Below are positions 39,125 through 49,016 of a stretch of 64,000 bases of DNA, piece by piece. The stretch comes from Phycisphaeraceae bacterium. Its GTDB lineage: Bacteria > Planctomycetota > Phycisphaerae > Phycisphaerales > Zrk34. Positions within the stretch are counted from its first letter, which is position 1. Every line of letters begins with the position of its first letter. The DNA lies in NCBI GenBank assembly GCA_040905565.1, contig JBBDRF010000005.1:64001-128000 (forward strand), given 5' to 3'. The position numbers and the translations under genes are program-made. The notes below the pieces were generated by a model. That model did not search any database, was not told where the DNA came from, and was given only the letters and a program-made list of their open reading frames with translations.

Positions 39125-40312
39125 CTAGGCTGCGGGGTCCAGGACGACCTTGATACAGCCGTCCCGTTTGGTTCTGAATATCTCGTATGCATGAGGGGCC
39201 TGGCTCAACGGCAGCCGATGCGTGACGACAAAGCCCGGATCAATTGCGCCATTGCGGATGTACTCAAGCAACTTCGGGACGTACTTGTGAACATGCGTTT
39301 GGCCAGTCTTGATCGTCAACGCTTTGTTCATGAGCGCCCCCATGGGCACCTTGTCCGAGAGCCCACCGTAGACGCCGGGGATCGAAACGGTTCCGCCCTT
39401 GCGACAGCAATTGATCGCCTGGCGCAGTGCATGCAGCCGCTCGGTCTGCATCATCATCGTGCTTTTTACCTTGTCATACGCCGCGTCGACGGTATAGCCG
39501 TGCGCTTCCATCCCCACCGCATCGATACAGATATCAGGCCCGATGCCGCCGGTGAGGTCGAGCAGCCGATCGTAAACATACTCATCGTGCATATCGATCG
39601 TGGTCGCCCCTGCATCGCGCGCCATCTGGAGCCGATCGGGAACACTGGATTCGTCGTCGATCGCCACGACCTTGCCTGCACCGAGCAACATGGCGCTGCG
39701 GATTACGAACTGCCCTACCGGACCACAGCCCCACACTGCCACCGTATCGTCGGCCTGAATGTTGCAATGTTCAGCGGCCATGTAACCGGTGGGAAAAATG
39801 TCCGCAAGCATCACCAACTGGTGATCGCTCAGGTCGCTGGGCATCTTCTGACAGTTCACGTCCGCCAGCGGCACACGCAGGTACTCCGCCTGTCCGCCTG
39901 CATAACCGCCCGTGAGATGCGAATAGCCGAACAGCCCGGCCGTGGCATAACCGAAGGTCGTCTCGGCAAGGTTCGATCGCGGGTTCGTGTTATCACAACA
40001 ACTATAGAGCTCACGTTTACAATAAAAGCAGGCACCGCACGCGATGGCGAACGGCACCACCACGCGATCGCCCACCGCTAGTTTGCTCTTATCCACGTCC
40101 GGGCCGAGTTCTTCGATGACACCCATCGGCTCATGGCCCATGATGTCGCCCGGCTTCATGAACGGGATAAAGCCGTCCAGCAGATGCAGGTCGGACCCGC
40201 AGATGCATGTCGACGTCACCCGCACCACCGCATCCCGGCGGTTCAAAATCTTCGCATCCGGGACGCTCTCAACCTGCACCTTGTGCGGCGCACACCAGAC
40301 CAGCGCTTTCAT
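39125..40312 (-). CDS. Zn-dependent MDR dehydrogenase (FdhA/YbdR-like)
   Basis: ICGSDLH, GHE, CGACFYC..C, GGQAEY, DIFPTG, GCGPVG, GQTHV. Confidence 0.92.
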   Translation of the reverse strand: MKALVWCAPHKVQVESVPDAKILNRRDAVVRVTSTCICGSDLHLLDGFIPFMKPGDIMGHEPMGVIEELGPDVDKSKLAVGDRVVVPFAIACGACFYCKRELYSCCDNTNPRSNLAETTFGYATAGLFGYSHLTGGYAGGQAEYLRVPLADVNCQKMPSDLSDHQLVMLADIFPTGYMAAEHCNIQADDTVAVWGCGPVGQFVIRSAMLLGAGKVVAIDDESSVPDRLQMARDAGATTIDMHDEYVYDRLLDLTGGIGPDICIDAVGMEAHGYTVDAAYDKVKSTMMMQTERLHALRQAINCCRKGGTVSIPGVYGGLSDKVPMGALMNKALTIKTGQTHVHKYVPKLLEYIRNGAIDPGFVVTHRLPLSQAPHAYEIFRTKRDGCIKVVLDPAA

Positions 40313-40333
40313 CACTCTTCCCCCGTCGTGGCG

Positions 40334-41107
40334 TTACTGAAACAACCGATTGCCCAGGCTCGTACACGAGCCGTGCGGCTGGCCCTTGGTCGTCGGTACT
40401 TCACCGACTTCCATTATCCGCTTGAAACTCCGCAGATCTTCGCGGATCTGATGTTTCGGATTCTCCCCAAACGCACTGGCGAGCCATTGCCCGAGATGCC
40501 CGCCGGGCGGGACGTAGCACAGGCTCACACGCACCGTCGTCCCCCGCGGGCCGGGCTCGAAGGTGACCAAGCCGGCGTTGTCGACATCGCCCCCGGGGAG
40601 CGACTGCCAGGCGATGCGTTCGTTGGGAATATCTTCAAGAATTTCCGCGTCCCATTCGACCGTGCCGCCCGTCACCGAAGGGGCTCTATCGACCCAGCGC
40701 AGCCGACCGTCCTCCAGCGTCTTGACCGACCGGACATGCGACATAATGCGAGGCAGGTTCTCGAAATCGCGCCAGAACTGATACAACTGCTCAGCCGGCT
40801 TATCGATCGTGAACGCCTCGTTAACATCCACGCCGCTCTGCCGCCTGGCCGTGTCGACGCCGAGCGCCTTGTAGGCCGGACAGGCGCCCGTGGCACCGCG
40901 ATAGAACAGCGCGACCCCAAGCCCCGCGAGAAGCAGCCCCGGCAAGCCGCGCTGCGACACACCCAATGCCCCCAGAAACGTGCCTCCTGCGACGGAGATC
41001 ACCCGTTCATCTTCGCTGACGTTGCGTTGCTGACCGTCAGGATAATGATGCCCCTCCAGCAGCGCCCGCGGCTCCGTCTCTCTCTGATATTGCTTTACCG
41101 TCACCAT
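40334..41107 (-). CDS. DUF2892 + SRPBCC cyclase/dehydrase-family protein
   Basis: NVSEDER..S, RGATGAC, WRDFENLPRIMSH, IAWQSLPG, DLRSFKRIMEVGE; start codon uncertain. Confidence 0.85.
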   Translation of the reverse strand: MVTVKQYQRETEPRALLEGHHYPDGQQRNVSEDERVISVAGGTFLGALGVSQRGLPGLLLAGLGVALFYRGATGACPAYKALGVDTARRQSGVDVNEAFTIDKPAEQLYQFWRDFENLPRIMSHVRSVKTLEDGRLRWVDRAPSVTGGTVEWDAEILEDIPNERIAWQSLPGGDVDNAGLVTFEPGPRGTTVRVSLCYVPPGGHLGQWLASAFGENPKHQIREDLRSFKRIMEVGEVPTTKGQPHGSCTSLGNRLFQ

Positions 41108-41271
41108 AACGCCCCCCATTGCTAGCGCGTCGGTATCGACCACATCGCACACTAGCCCATCGAGCGTGACGGCGACCTGCGTCGCCCCCCCCTTCACCAA
41201 TGCAGCCATCCCCTATACACGCGTCGACGGGGCTGGGGACAGTTCCGCTCTGTTGCCAGAAAGGCGGTGGG

Positions 41272-42870
41272 TCAGTCCATCGCGGGGATGTCGAGGTCTT
41301 TGACTTTTTTGTTGAGCGTATTGCGGTTGATGCCGAGAAAATCCGCTGAGCGCGTTTTGACGCCGCCCTCGCGTTCGAGTGTCTGGATGATCAGCTGCCG
41401 CTCGATTTCGCCGATCACGAGTTCCCAAACTTCGCCCTCGCGCATGCCGTACTCTTCGATCGCCTGCTCGCTGAGTCGGCGTGCCAGCGATTCAATCGTC
41501 TCCGCGCGTTGCCTGTCACGGCCCTGCTGGGCGAACATGCGAATCTGCATCGGCAGCACGTCTTCGCTGAACTCATCAGACTGGCTCAGCACCACCGCCC
41601 GCTCCACCGCGTTCTCAAGCTCACGCACATTGCCCGGCCACGGATACCGCAACAGATTGTTCATAAGCTCCCGGCTGATCTTCCGCAGATTCCGATCGTT
41701 CTCACGGTTATACCGATCGAGAAACGCATCAATCAGCAGCGGAATATCCTCACGCCTCGCGCGCAACGGCGGCAGGTAGATCGTCACCACGTTCAACCGA
41801 TAGTAAAGATCCTCGCGGAAATTCCCCTTGCGAACTTCCTCAGCCAGGTCCAGGTTCGTCGCAGCGATCAGCCGAACGTCGACCTTCACCGTGCGATGAT
41901 CCCCCACGCGTTCGAACTCCCGCTCCTGAAGCACACGCAACAGCTTCACCTGCAACTGCGTGTCCATCGTGCCGATCTCGTCAAGGAAAATCGTCCCGCC
42001 GTCCGCCGCCTCGAACCGCCCGATCTTGTCCCGCACCGCCCCCGTGAAAGCCCCCTTCACATGCCCGAACAGTTCGCTCTCCAGCAGCGTTTCTGAGAGG
42101 GCGCCACAATTGACGCGAACGATAGGCCTGTCCCGCCTCGGCGAGTTGTAATGGATCGCCTTGGCGACAAGCTCCTTGCCCGTCCCGGTCTCGCCGAGCA
42201 CCAGACACGTCGCCCGGCTGGCAGCTACCTGCCCGATCGTCGCAAGCACGTCCATCATCGCCTGACTCGTGCCGATGATCTTATCAAACCGATACTTGGT
42301 GCGGAGGTCTTCACGCAGCCGCTGCGTTTCCGCCAGCCACTGATCCTTCTCCCGCTTGACCAGCTGATTCACATGCAGCGCCTGAGCGATGGTCGCCGCG
42401 ATGATCGTGATAAGCCGAAGGTCAGCAGCAAGGGTCGTCTCGTCTTCATAAGGCCGGGCGACCGAAACGGCCCCGACCGCCGAGTCCGCGATCTTGATGG
42501 GCACGCAAATGAACGACAGGGTCGATTCGTCTTCGTCTGAATCGTACGTGCCGGTGCGGTTGAGGAAGTCCGGTTCGTTGGAGATATCCGCCACCGCCCG
42601 CGGCTCGCCGGTCTGCACCACCTGCCCGGTCACACCCTCGCCGACGTCGTAACGGCCCAGATCGCGCTGCTGCTCCGTGATGCCGATCGCTGCGACGATC
42701 CGCAGCCGATCGATCGCTTCGTCCTTCATAATCAGCGCCGCCCGCCGCACGCCGAGCTCTTTCTCCAGCAGCGTCATCACCTGCCCGAACAGATCCTCCA
42801 GTTCCAACGAACTGCCGAGAATCTGACTGATCTGCTCAAGAATCGATATTTCCTGCTCGTATCTCCGCAT
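41272..42870 (-). CDS. Sigma54-dependent activator, GAF-AAA-HTH (NifA-like architecture)
   Basis: GAF ([15 protein letters not shown]), [50 protein letters not shown]. Confidence 0.93.
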   Translation of the reverse strand: MRRYEQEISILEQISQILGSSLELEDLFGQVMTLLEKELGVRRAALIMKDEAIDRLRIVAAIGITEQQRDLGRYDVGEGVTGQVVQTGEPRAVADISNEPDFLNRTGTYDSDEDESTLSFICVPIKIADSAVGAVSVARPYEDETTLAADLRLITIIAATIAQALHVNQLVKREKDQWLAETQRLREDLRTKYRFDKIIGTSQAMMDVLATIGQVAASRATCLVLGETGTGKELVAKAIHYNSPRRDRPIVRVNCGALSETLLESELFGHVKGAFTGAVRDKIGRFEAADGGTIFLDEIGTMDTQLQVKLLRVLQEREFERVGDHRTVKVDVRLIAATNLDLAEEVRKGNFREDLYYRLNVVTIYLPPLRARREDIPLLIDAFLDRYNRENDRNLRKISRELMNNLLRYPWPGNVRELENAVERAVVLSQSDEFSEDVLPMQIRMFAQQGRDRQRAETIESLARRLSEQAIEEYGMREGEVWELVIGEIERQLIIQTLEREGGVKTRSADFLGINRNTLNKKVKDLDIPAMD

Positions 42871-43010
42871 GGGTGCATGATATTTACACAGACACGCGAA
42901 GGCAATGCCTATTTGTTGATCGCCGCTCAATTCTAAGTGGACTTCTGGTACTTCCAAAGGGCGTTCAACCTACCACCCTCTGCGGTGATGGTGCTCAACC
43001 TCATCGTAAC

Positions 43011-43042
43011 CGGCGGGCAAGCCACCAGTTGGCTCGCGGGGA
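43011..43042. repeat. REP-like repeat copy 1 (degenerate)
   Basis: CGGCGGGCAAGCCACCAGTTGGC; CAAGCCACCAGT at 43018-43029 is identical to 43369-43380. Confidence 0.6.
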
Positions 43043-43043
43043 C

Positions 43044-43289
43044 TCAAAGCACTGCCGCAAATGATCCTAGAAGGAGGCACAGCCCCAACACCATCATGTT
43101 CATCGTCATTCCCATCCCTAACACGCAACCGGTCTCGTTCGTATACCACATACCGACAACACCAATCAGGAGCCCGCTTGTGCTTGCGAGCATGGCATGC
43201 CACATCGCTTCGTTTGGATACAGCAGCAGTCCAAGAGCTATGCCGAACAGAAGCGACACTAGGATATTCAGAACAGTTCTTGTGTGCAT
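43044..43289 (-). CDS. Small orphan membrane protein
   Basis: 81-aa ORF with three hydrophobic segments; no recognised motif. Confidence 0.55.
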   Translation of the reverse strand: MHTRTVLNILVSLLFGIALGLLLYPNEAMWHAMLASTSGLLIGVVGMWYTNETGCVLGMGMTMNMMVLGLCLLLGSFAAVL

Positions 43290-43334
43290 CGCAGTTGTTG
43301 CCTGTAGCCAGTGGTGAATAACCTCCGCCCCCTC

Positions 43335-43392
43335 GGCTTGTCCGGCCTGCGATCAAAGCACGGGTGGACAAGCCACCAGTGGCACCCGGCGC
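43335..43392. repeat. REP-like repeat copy 2 (full, hairpin-forming)
   Basis: Hairpin CACGGGTGG-acaag-CCACCAGTG plus GCACCCGGCGC; also the inverted pair GGCTTGTCC (43335) / GGACAAGCC (43366). Confidence 0.75.
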
Positions 43393-43397
43393 TTCGT

Positions 43398-43928
43398 TCA
43401 TTCGTAGTGTCTGAGAATATCAAGACTCTGAAGTTCCGTCTGGATCGGAATGGACAGTTCAGAAATTTCGTTCGGGATATCTCGCAGATCATTGCCGCGC
43501 CTCACGTACTCATGCATCCTAATCGCCTGCTTCTCCTGAATGGCGTACATGTCGTGGGTCCCGTCTTTGCGAATCATAACAAGAACGTTGCTTTGCCTCG
43601 GCAGCACAACTCGTTGCATTCCCCCGGAGTAGGGCACGTCGAAAATCGCTCGACTGTACGACGAATCGAATCGTTTCCAAGATGGGATCATAGCGCCATC
43701 CCTTTCTTCGATGATCACAGCCAGGTTCAGATTCGGATCGACAAGAAGGGTATGCCCATCTTCGGTTGCAGTACGATGCTGAATACGCGAGACAGGGACA
43801 AACAGACCCTGCTTATCGGTTTCCGACCAAAACATCGCCGGTTTGACGAGATCGCTCCAAACGACTGCGATCACCAGCAACAATGCCGCCACCAAGACCG
43901 TCGTAAAGAGTTTGTATTTTCGTCTCAT
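43398..43928 (-). CDS. Orphan exported/membrane-anchored protein
   Basis: 176-aa ORF, basic N-terminus plus hydrophobic helix; visibly lower GC. Confidence 0.6.
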   Translation of the reverse strand: MRRKYKLFTTVLVAALLLVIAVVWSDLVKPAMFWSETDKQGLFVPVSRIQHRTATEDGHTLLVDPNLNLAVIIEERDGAMIPSWKRFDSSYSRAIFDVPYSGGMQRVVLPRQSNVLVMIRKDGTHDMYAIQEKQAIRMHEYVRRGNDLRDIPNEISELSIPIQTELQSLDILRHYE

Positions 43929-43957
43929 AGCAAGCCTAGCTTGGAATCATGGAAACT

Positions 43958-43977
43958 CCACCAGTGGCACCCGGCGC
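43958..43977. repeat. REP-like repeat copy 3 (half)
   Basis: CCACCAGTGGCACCCGGCGC identical to 43373-43392 (20/20). Confidence 0.8.
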
Positions 43978-43978
43978 G

Positions 43979-44200
43979 TTAACCGTCGCGCTCTTGCTGG
44001 TCACTTTCGAGCTGCGGCTCGGCTGAACATCTCCGCCCAGACCAGAGTCCTGCGAGATAGGCGACGGCCGCACTCGCCCCGATGCTCAGCGTCGCAATCC
44101 CGTGCCATCTCGGGTCTGGCGGCGAAGCCAAAGCACCAACCACCACGCTCGCGTAGATCAGAATCGCGATCTTACCGACGGCTAGACACAATCGTTTCAT
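43979..44200 (-). CDS. Small orphan membrane protein
   Basis: 73-aa ORF, two TM helices, GAAGGG RBS-like. Confidence 0.5.
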   Translation of the reverse strand: MKRLCLAVGKIAILIYASVVVGALASPPDPRWHGIATLSIGASAAVAYLAGLWSGRRCSAEPQLESDQQERDG

Positions 44201-44241
44201 CGTTCCCTTCGCCTCAGGCTGTATCGCTGGAGATCACCTTC

Positions 44242-45396
44242 TCACTCCGCGACCTGCAGGGCCGGTTGGTGGCGGTGGAGGAACCAGCGGTCCATGACGA
44301 CGTGGCGGACGAACCAGTGGCGTTTGAGCAGGAATCCCGCGACGGAAGCCTTGAGGCCGCTCGGCGTTCGGTGGGCATTGGGATCGCTTGAGCCGGGCTC
44401 GCCGAAGCGCTTCACCAGCAGACGCCGATATTTCTCCAGCGTCGTCCGCGCCACCCACTCCGGGCCACGCGGCGTCGAAGCGATCAGCTGCGCCGCCATC
44501 AGCGCCGACTCGATCGCCGACCGAATCCCCTCGCCGCTTTGCGGATACGCCAGGCCTGCCGCGTCGCCGATGAGCATTACGCCGTCGTCGACCGTTTGCC
44601 GTTGGGTGTGGCCGTAGAGGATGTACGCATGGCCGTGGAACTTGGTGGGGATGTCGGCAGGCACCCGGCCGGCCCGCTTAAGCGCCTCGGCGAAGTCGGC
44701 GACGTGGTCGGAGAGGCGCTGCGAATCTTCCCGGCCCAGGCCGATGTTCAGGTGATCGCCCTTGCGGAAGCACCAGGCGTAGCCGGCGAGGTCGCTGCAG
44801 AAGTAAAGCTCGGGGACGTGCGCGTCGACCTTGCACGCCGCCTGCTGCTCGGACGTCATGGGGAATTCGATCTCCTGAGCGGCGACGATCAACTCCTTCG
44901 CCGCCCCTCCGCCACTATTCAGCTTCCGGGCCACGGGGCAGAAGTGACCACCTGCGCCGACGAGCAGCGGGGCTTCGTAAGCGTCGTTGATGACCCAGCG
45001 GTCGTCGCGACGTTCGATGCTTTTGACCGCCACGCCGAGCGCCAGTTCTGCGCCGCAGCGGCGGAGCAGGTACTCGTCGAATTCGCACCGTCGAATGCCG
45101 TAGCTGACCGGGTCGTCGTAGTGGCTGGCGACGCCGGGCAGCAGCTGCTTGCCATCGACGCGGCCGACGTAGAAGCCGGTGATCGGCTGCAGGACGCGGC
45201 CGTCTTTGGCGTAGTCGTCGAGATCGACCTTGAGCGCTTCGAAGACGGGAGGGGTGACCCAGCCGGCGCAGATTTTGTCGCGCGGGAAATCTTTTTTGTC
45301 GAGGATGACGACATCGAGCCCAGCCTGTCGCAGTTGCCATGCGAACGAGGAGCCCGCGGGGCCGCCGCCTACTACCAGCACATCACATTGGCGCAC
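44242..45396 (-). CDS. Geranylgeranyl-reductase-family FAD oxidoreductase
   Basis: VVGGGPAGS, FPRDKICAG, GYAWCF.K, IGDAAG...SGEGI; overlaps the cfa stop. Confidence 0.88.
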   Translation of the reverse strand: MRQCDVLVVGGGPAGSSFAWQLRQAGLDVVILDKKDFPRDKICAGWVTPPVFEALKVDLDDYAKDGRVLQPITGFYVGRVDGKQLLPGVASHYDDPVSYGIRRCEFDEYLLRRCGAELALGVAVKSIERRDDRWVINDAYEAPLLVGAGGHFCPVARKLNSGGGAAKELIVAAQEIEFPMTSEQQAACKVDAHVPELYFCSDLAGYAWCFRKGDHLNIGLGREDSQRLSDHVADFAEALKRAGRVPADIPTKFHGHAYILYGHTQRQTVDDGVMLIGDAAGLAYPQSGEGIRSAIESALMAAQLIASTPRGPEWVARTTLEKYRRLLVKRFGEPGSSDPNAHRTPSGLKASVAGFLLKRHWFVRHVVMDRWFLHRHQPALQVAE

Positions 45397-46669
45397 GTTC
45401 GCTCCGATCGGTCGACTGATAAAGATGCTCGCGCGTGGCGGGGACCGAGTTGTCGTTGTAACGGGAGAAAACCACCTGATAAAGGTGCATCAGCCCGGAT
45501 TCGAACGCCTCTGCCGAACCCACCAGATACAGCCGCCACATGCGCACGAAGCGTTCGTCGAACATGCTTCGGACGGTGTCGACGTTGGCTTCGTAGCGGT
45601 TGAGCCATTCCACGAGCGTCCGCTCATAGTGCAGGCGGAGGTTTTCGACATCGAGCACGACCATGTGGTAGGGCTCCAAAATATCCATCATCTGCCTGAG
45701 CGTGGGCGGGCAGGCGCCGGGGAAGATGTGGCGATCGATCCAGGCGTTCATCCGCAGGGGCCGGTGGCGTGCGATGGTGTGGATGAGCCCTCGGCCGCCG
45801 GGCTTGAGGGTCCGATCGATCACCTCACCCAAGGCTGCGTAGTTGTTCGGCCCGACATGCTCGAGCATGCCGACCGAGACGAACGCGTCACACGCTCCGA
45901 CGATGTTGCGGTAATCGTCCTGGACAAACTCGACACGGTCGGCGAGGTTCCGCCGCTCTGCTTCTTCACGGGCGTAGGCGATCTGCTCGGTGGAGATGTT
46001 ATACGCTCTGACGTTGACGCCGAAGTGCTCAGCCATGTGCATCGCGAGGGCGCCCCAGCCGCAGCCGGCTTCAACGACCTGCTGCCCGGGCTGCAGTTGA
46101 AGCTTGCGGCAGACGTGGTCGAGCTTCGCCAGCTGCGCCTGTTCGAGCGTCATGTCCGGCTCGGCGTAATACGCGCAGGTGTAGAGCATGCGCTCATCGA
46201 GCCAGAGGCGATAGAAGTCGTTGCCGATGTCGTAGTGATGGTGGATGTTCTTCTGCGAACCGGCGAGGGTATTGCGGCCCTTCTGCAGTTGAACGGTGAG
46301 CCGATCCCTCAGGCCCATCGTCGCTCCGCTGGCGCGATAGCCCATGCGGACGACCTCCCGCAGGTCACCTTCGATCTGCACCGAGCCGTCTGCGTAGCCG
46401 TCCCCGAAGTAACGCTGTGGGTCGAGGATTGTTTTGAGCAGCGCCGCGCGTGTGGTAAACCGCACCGTCACCACAGGCGGCTCGCTGGAGCCGGTGACGG
46501 CCTGGCCGTTCCACAACACGAGCCTGAGGGGAGGTGAGCCGAGCCACTTGAGGAACCACTGCATCAGGGCTCGCTCAAATTCGTACATCCGCCCGGGACC
46601 GCCCCCACCATCGCCGCCGCTTCGCGAGGACGGCTGTGTTTGCACCGTTCGTGCTGATTCTTCCCGCAT
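45383..46669 (-). CDS. CFA-synthase-family SAM methyltransferase
   Basis: HYDIGNDFY.LWLD..M.YTCAY, EAGCGWG, SVGMLEHVG, IFPG, HYERTL, WRLYL; start codon uncertain. Confidence 0.9.
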   Translation of the reverse strand: MREESARTVQTQPSSRSGGDGGGGPGRMYEFERALMQWFLKWLGSPPLRLVLWNGQAVTGSSEPPVVTVRFTTRAALLKTILDPQRYFGDGYADGSVQIEGDLREVVRMGYRASGATMGLRDRLTVQLQKGRNTLAGSQKNIHHHYDIGNDFYRLWLDERMLYTCAYYAEPDMTLEQAQLAKLDHVCRKLQLQPGQQVVEAGCGWGALAMHMAEHFGVNVRAYNISTEQIAYAREEAERRNLADRVEFVQDDYRNIVGACDAFVSVGMLEHVGPNNYAALGEVIDRTLKPGGRGLIHTIARHRPLRMNAWIDRHIFPGACPPTLRQMMDILEPYHMVVLDVENLRLHYERTLVEWLNRYEANVDTVRSMFDERFVRMWRLYLVGSAEAFESGLMHLYQVVFSRYNDNSVPATREHLYQSTDRSERAPM

Positions 46670-46801
46670 TGTGCTCGTCCTCACCCTGGACAGACAGAAA
46701 CCCCTCGAGCACCGGCGAGCATTTCAAGCTCGCCGTGTTAAGCCGTTATCGTAACTCACCTGACTATAACTATCCAAGTACTTTGAGTATTCCATCACGG
46801 T

Positions 46802-47293
46802 TCAATCGATCGTGATGCTTACGCGAAGCAGGCGATCCGGTGGATACTGGTAGATATCCTGGAAGATGTCGCGGCAAAGCTGCGCTGCGGCTTGGGCATC
46901 GCGATTGAATTGCAGTTGGAACGTGCTGGGTTGATCCTTGCCGTCATCGCCCAGTTGCAATTCCGTGGCTCCGCGAGGCTGGAGGAGACGGCGGGCGCGT
47001 TCGGTTTCGTCGGTCGTGAGCGTGTGGGTGGGAAGGTCCAATAGAAGTCCCTCCGTCCGCGAGCCGGCGAACTGCACAAACTTCTGCGTCTCTGGATGCT
47101 CAATCACGATGAAGGCGCCGGGCGGCTGGTCGAGCAGGGTCTGCAGCATCGCGGTGAATTGTGACTGATCTCCTACTTTCACCATCGCCTCCATGGGCGT
47201 GGCCTGTGTCACGGGCGAAGCGCTTTCGACGCATCCGGTGAGGCCGAGAGCGGCAAAGACTAGCAGAATGGGCTGGGCGAGGTTGCGCAGCAT
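46802..47293 (-). CDS. Hypothetical lipoprotein
   Basis: Lipobox LTG-C; FIVIE...KFVQFA segment reminiscent of YbjN/CesT-type chaperone folds (weak). Confidence 0.6.
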   Translation of the reverse strand: MLRNLAQPILLVFAALGLTGCVESASPVTQATPMEAMVKVGDQSQFTAMLQTLLDQPPGAFIVIEHPETQKFVQFAGSRTEGLLLDLPTHTLTTDETERARRLLQPRGATELQLGDDGKDQPSTFQLQFNRDAQAAAQLCRDIFQDIYQYPPDRLLRVSITID

Positions 47294-47328
47294 CTAAGTC
47301 CTCCTGACGTGCGGGCTACCGATCATCA

Positions 47329-48264
47329 TTATGCGCCGCGAAGCAGCGACAGCAACTGGGGCAGTTCGGTGATGATCGCGTCGGGCTTAACGCCCACGAG
47401 GGCTGCGTCATTGTCCCGCATGCGAAGCGACCGCTTATCCCCTGCGAACAGTGCGGTGCGGAAGCCCACCTGCGACGCAGGCCAGATGTCATTACGCCGG
47501 TCGTTTCCGACGTAGAGCACCTGCGATGGCTGGATGCTGTGTGTGCGGAGCGTCTGCGCGATCGGCTCGTAAAGCTGGGTTGAAGGCTTGGCTTCAAGAA
47601 GCTGATAGGACCAGTTGCACAGGGCGGGGTCGAATCCGAACGCTTCCGGGCTGCGGCGCAGCAACGCGTCGAACAGCAACGGCGTGATGAACTGCGCATT
47701 GCTGACAATGCCAAGCATCAGGTCACCCAGCGCCACCCACTGCTGCAGTTCATCAAGCACGTCCGCCAGGTGCGGCATGGGCCAGACGGGATTCACGCGA
47801 CATTCGTACTCCACCGCCAACGGCTCGATCTTCCGGCGCACGACCTCCGCATCAGGCGCGAGCATGCCTTCGTCGGCGAGGCGATCGAAAACACGACGCC
47901 AGATCTCGCGGATGTCGACCTCCGGCCGTTCCACGCCCTCGGCCTGCCGCTGTTCGTGTGACTCGGTGATGGTGAGATGCAGCAGTTCGATGCCGCGCTC
48001 GGCCAATTCGTCGCTGCTCGATAATCCGACGGCATGCATCGCCTCGGCCAGGGCCGCTGTGGAATCGGTGGCGGCATGGGTGCCGACGTCGCCGCTGCCG
48101 GAGATGAAAAGCGTGCCGTAGATGTCGAAAAGAACCGCCCGAATCTCCCCCAGCCGCGGCAGGTGCGGTTCAACGCCGGTGGCCAACGGCTCCATGGGCA
48201 TGCTGAGTTTGCGGATCCGCCCCACTAGCCCGTCGGGCTCGCCTTCAGTGATTTCGATCGGCAT
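47329..48264 (-). CDS. HAD-superfamily hydrolase
   Basis: VLFDIYGTL, IVSNA, KP, YVGND..ND. Confidence 0.85.
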   Translation of the reverse strand: MPIEITEGEPDGLVGRIRKLSMPMEPLATGVEPHLPRLGEIRAVLFDIYGTLFISGSGDVGTHAATDSTAALAEAMHAVGLSSSDELAERGIELLHLTITESHEQRQAEGVERPEVDIREIWRRVFDRLADEGMLAPDAEVVRRKIEPLAVEYECRVNPVWPMPHLADVLDELQQWVALGDLMLGIVSNAQFITPLLFDALLRRSPEAFGFDPALCNWSYQLLEAKPSTQLYEPIAQTLRTHSIQPSQVLYVGNDRRNDIWPASQVGFRTALFAGDKRSLRMRDNDAALVGVKPDAIITELPQLLSLLRGA

Positions 48265-48324
48265 ACGGCCTCACCCCTGCCCCCCGTTTCTTCCCCTGGA
48301 TCGTCGCCTGCTGCTCAGCCGCGC

Positions 48325-48825
48325 TCAGCCCATGGGCGGTTCGCCGCCGGCTGCGTCGTGGAGCTGTTCTTCGGTGACTAGGCGGAATCCCTTACGGCCG
48401 AGAATCTGCCCCGCCAGCACCAGATCATCACAGTGCAGGGCGATCGTCGCAGCCCCGTGCGGACGCACCACCAGGGGATAGGCGTAATAAATGTTCAGCT
48501 CAGCCGCCAGCAGCGAGATGCACAGCCGGGCCAGTCTTTGATCCTGCCCCAGTTCCACGACGAGAATTTCCGACTCGCCGTAGGGCAGGCGGTGGTCCTT
48601 GAGCAGGCGACGGGCCATATCGCTGCGCGAGGTGACCAGCCTGACGACGGCGTAGTCGGATGAATCGGCCACGCTGATGGCGACAATCCGCAACGGCTGG
48701 CCGTCAAATATCTCGACGAGTTCAAGCAGTTTCCCCACGCGGTTGTCGAGAAAAACGCTGAACTGCGTGCACATCGGCGGCGTGTGGCCGTACTCGGTAA
48801 GAAAATCAATCGGAGCTTGCGACAT
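48325..48825 (-). CDS. ACT-domain protein
   Basis: QFSVFLDNRVGKL, VVRLV, second ACT NIYYAY. Confidence 0.8.
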   Translation of the reverse strand: MSQAPIDFLTEYGHTPPMCTQFSVFLDNRVGKLLELVEIFDGQPLRIVAISVADSSDYAVVRLVTSRSDMARRLLKDHRLPYGESEILVVELGQDQRLARLCISLLAAELNIYYAYPLVVRPHGAATIALHCDDLVLAGQILGRKGFRLVTEEQLHDAAGGEPPMG

Positions 48826-49016
48826 CGGACCGTATCCTGAAAAGGCTTTCGAAACATCTTAGCCGGTCGGGGTGGGCAGTGTATATCCAACGTTCAAACA
48901 AGTTTCAATACGCCATCCCTGTTCCGAGCGAGCAAGCGGCTCAAGCGGTGGCGCCCGCACACTCAGCGTCGGGCAATCTCATCGTAGTCGTGAAATCGGG
49001 AGCCGTATGAAAAACA

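Noticed and set aside
41272..42870. Calling the activator nifA (nitrogen fixation)
   Set aside because: No nif genes in the window, and the GAF-AAA-HTH architecture is shared by many activators.
43011..43977. CRISPR array or integron attC interpretation of the repeats
   Set aside because: The spacers are whole ORFs of 250-550 bp, there are no cas or intI genes, and attC core sites are absent.
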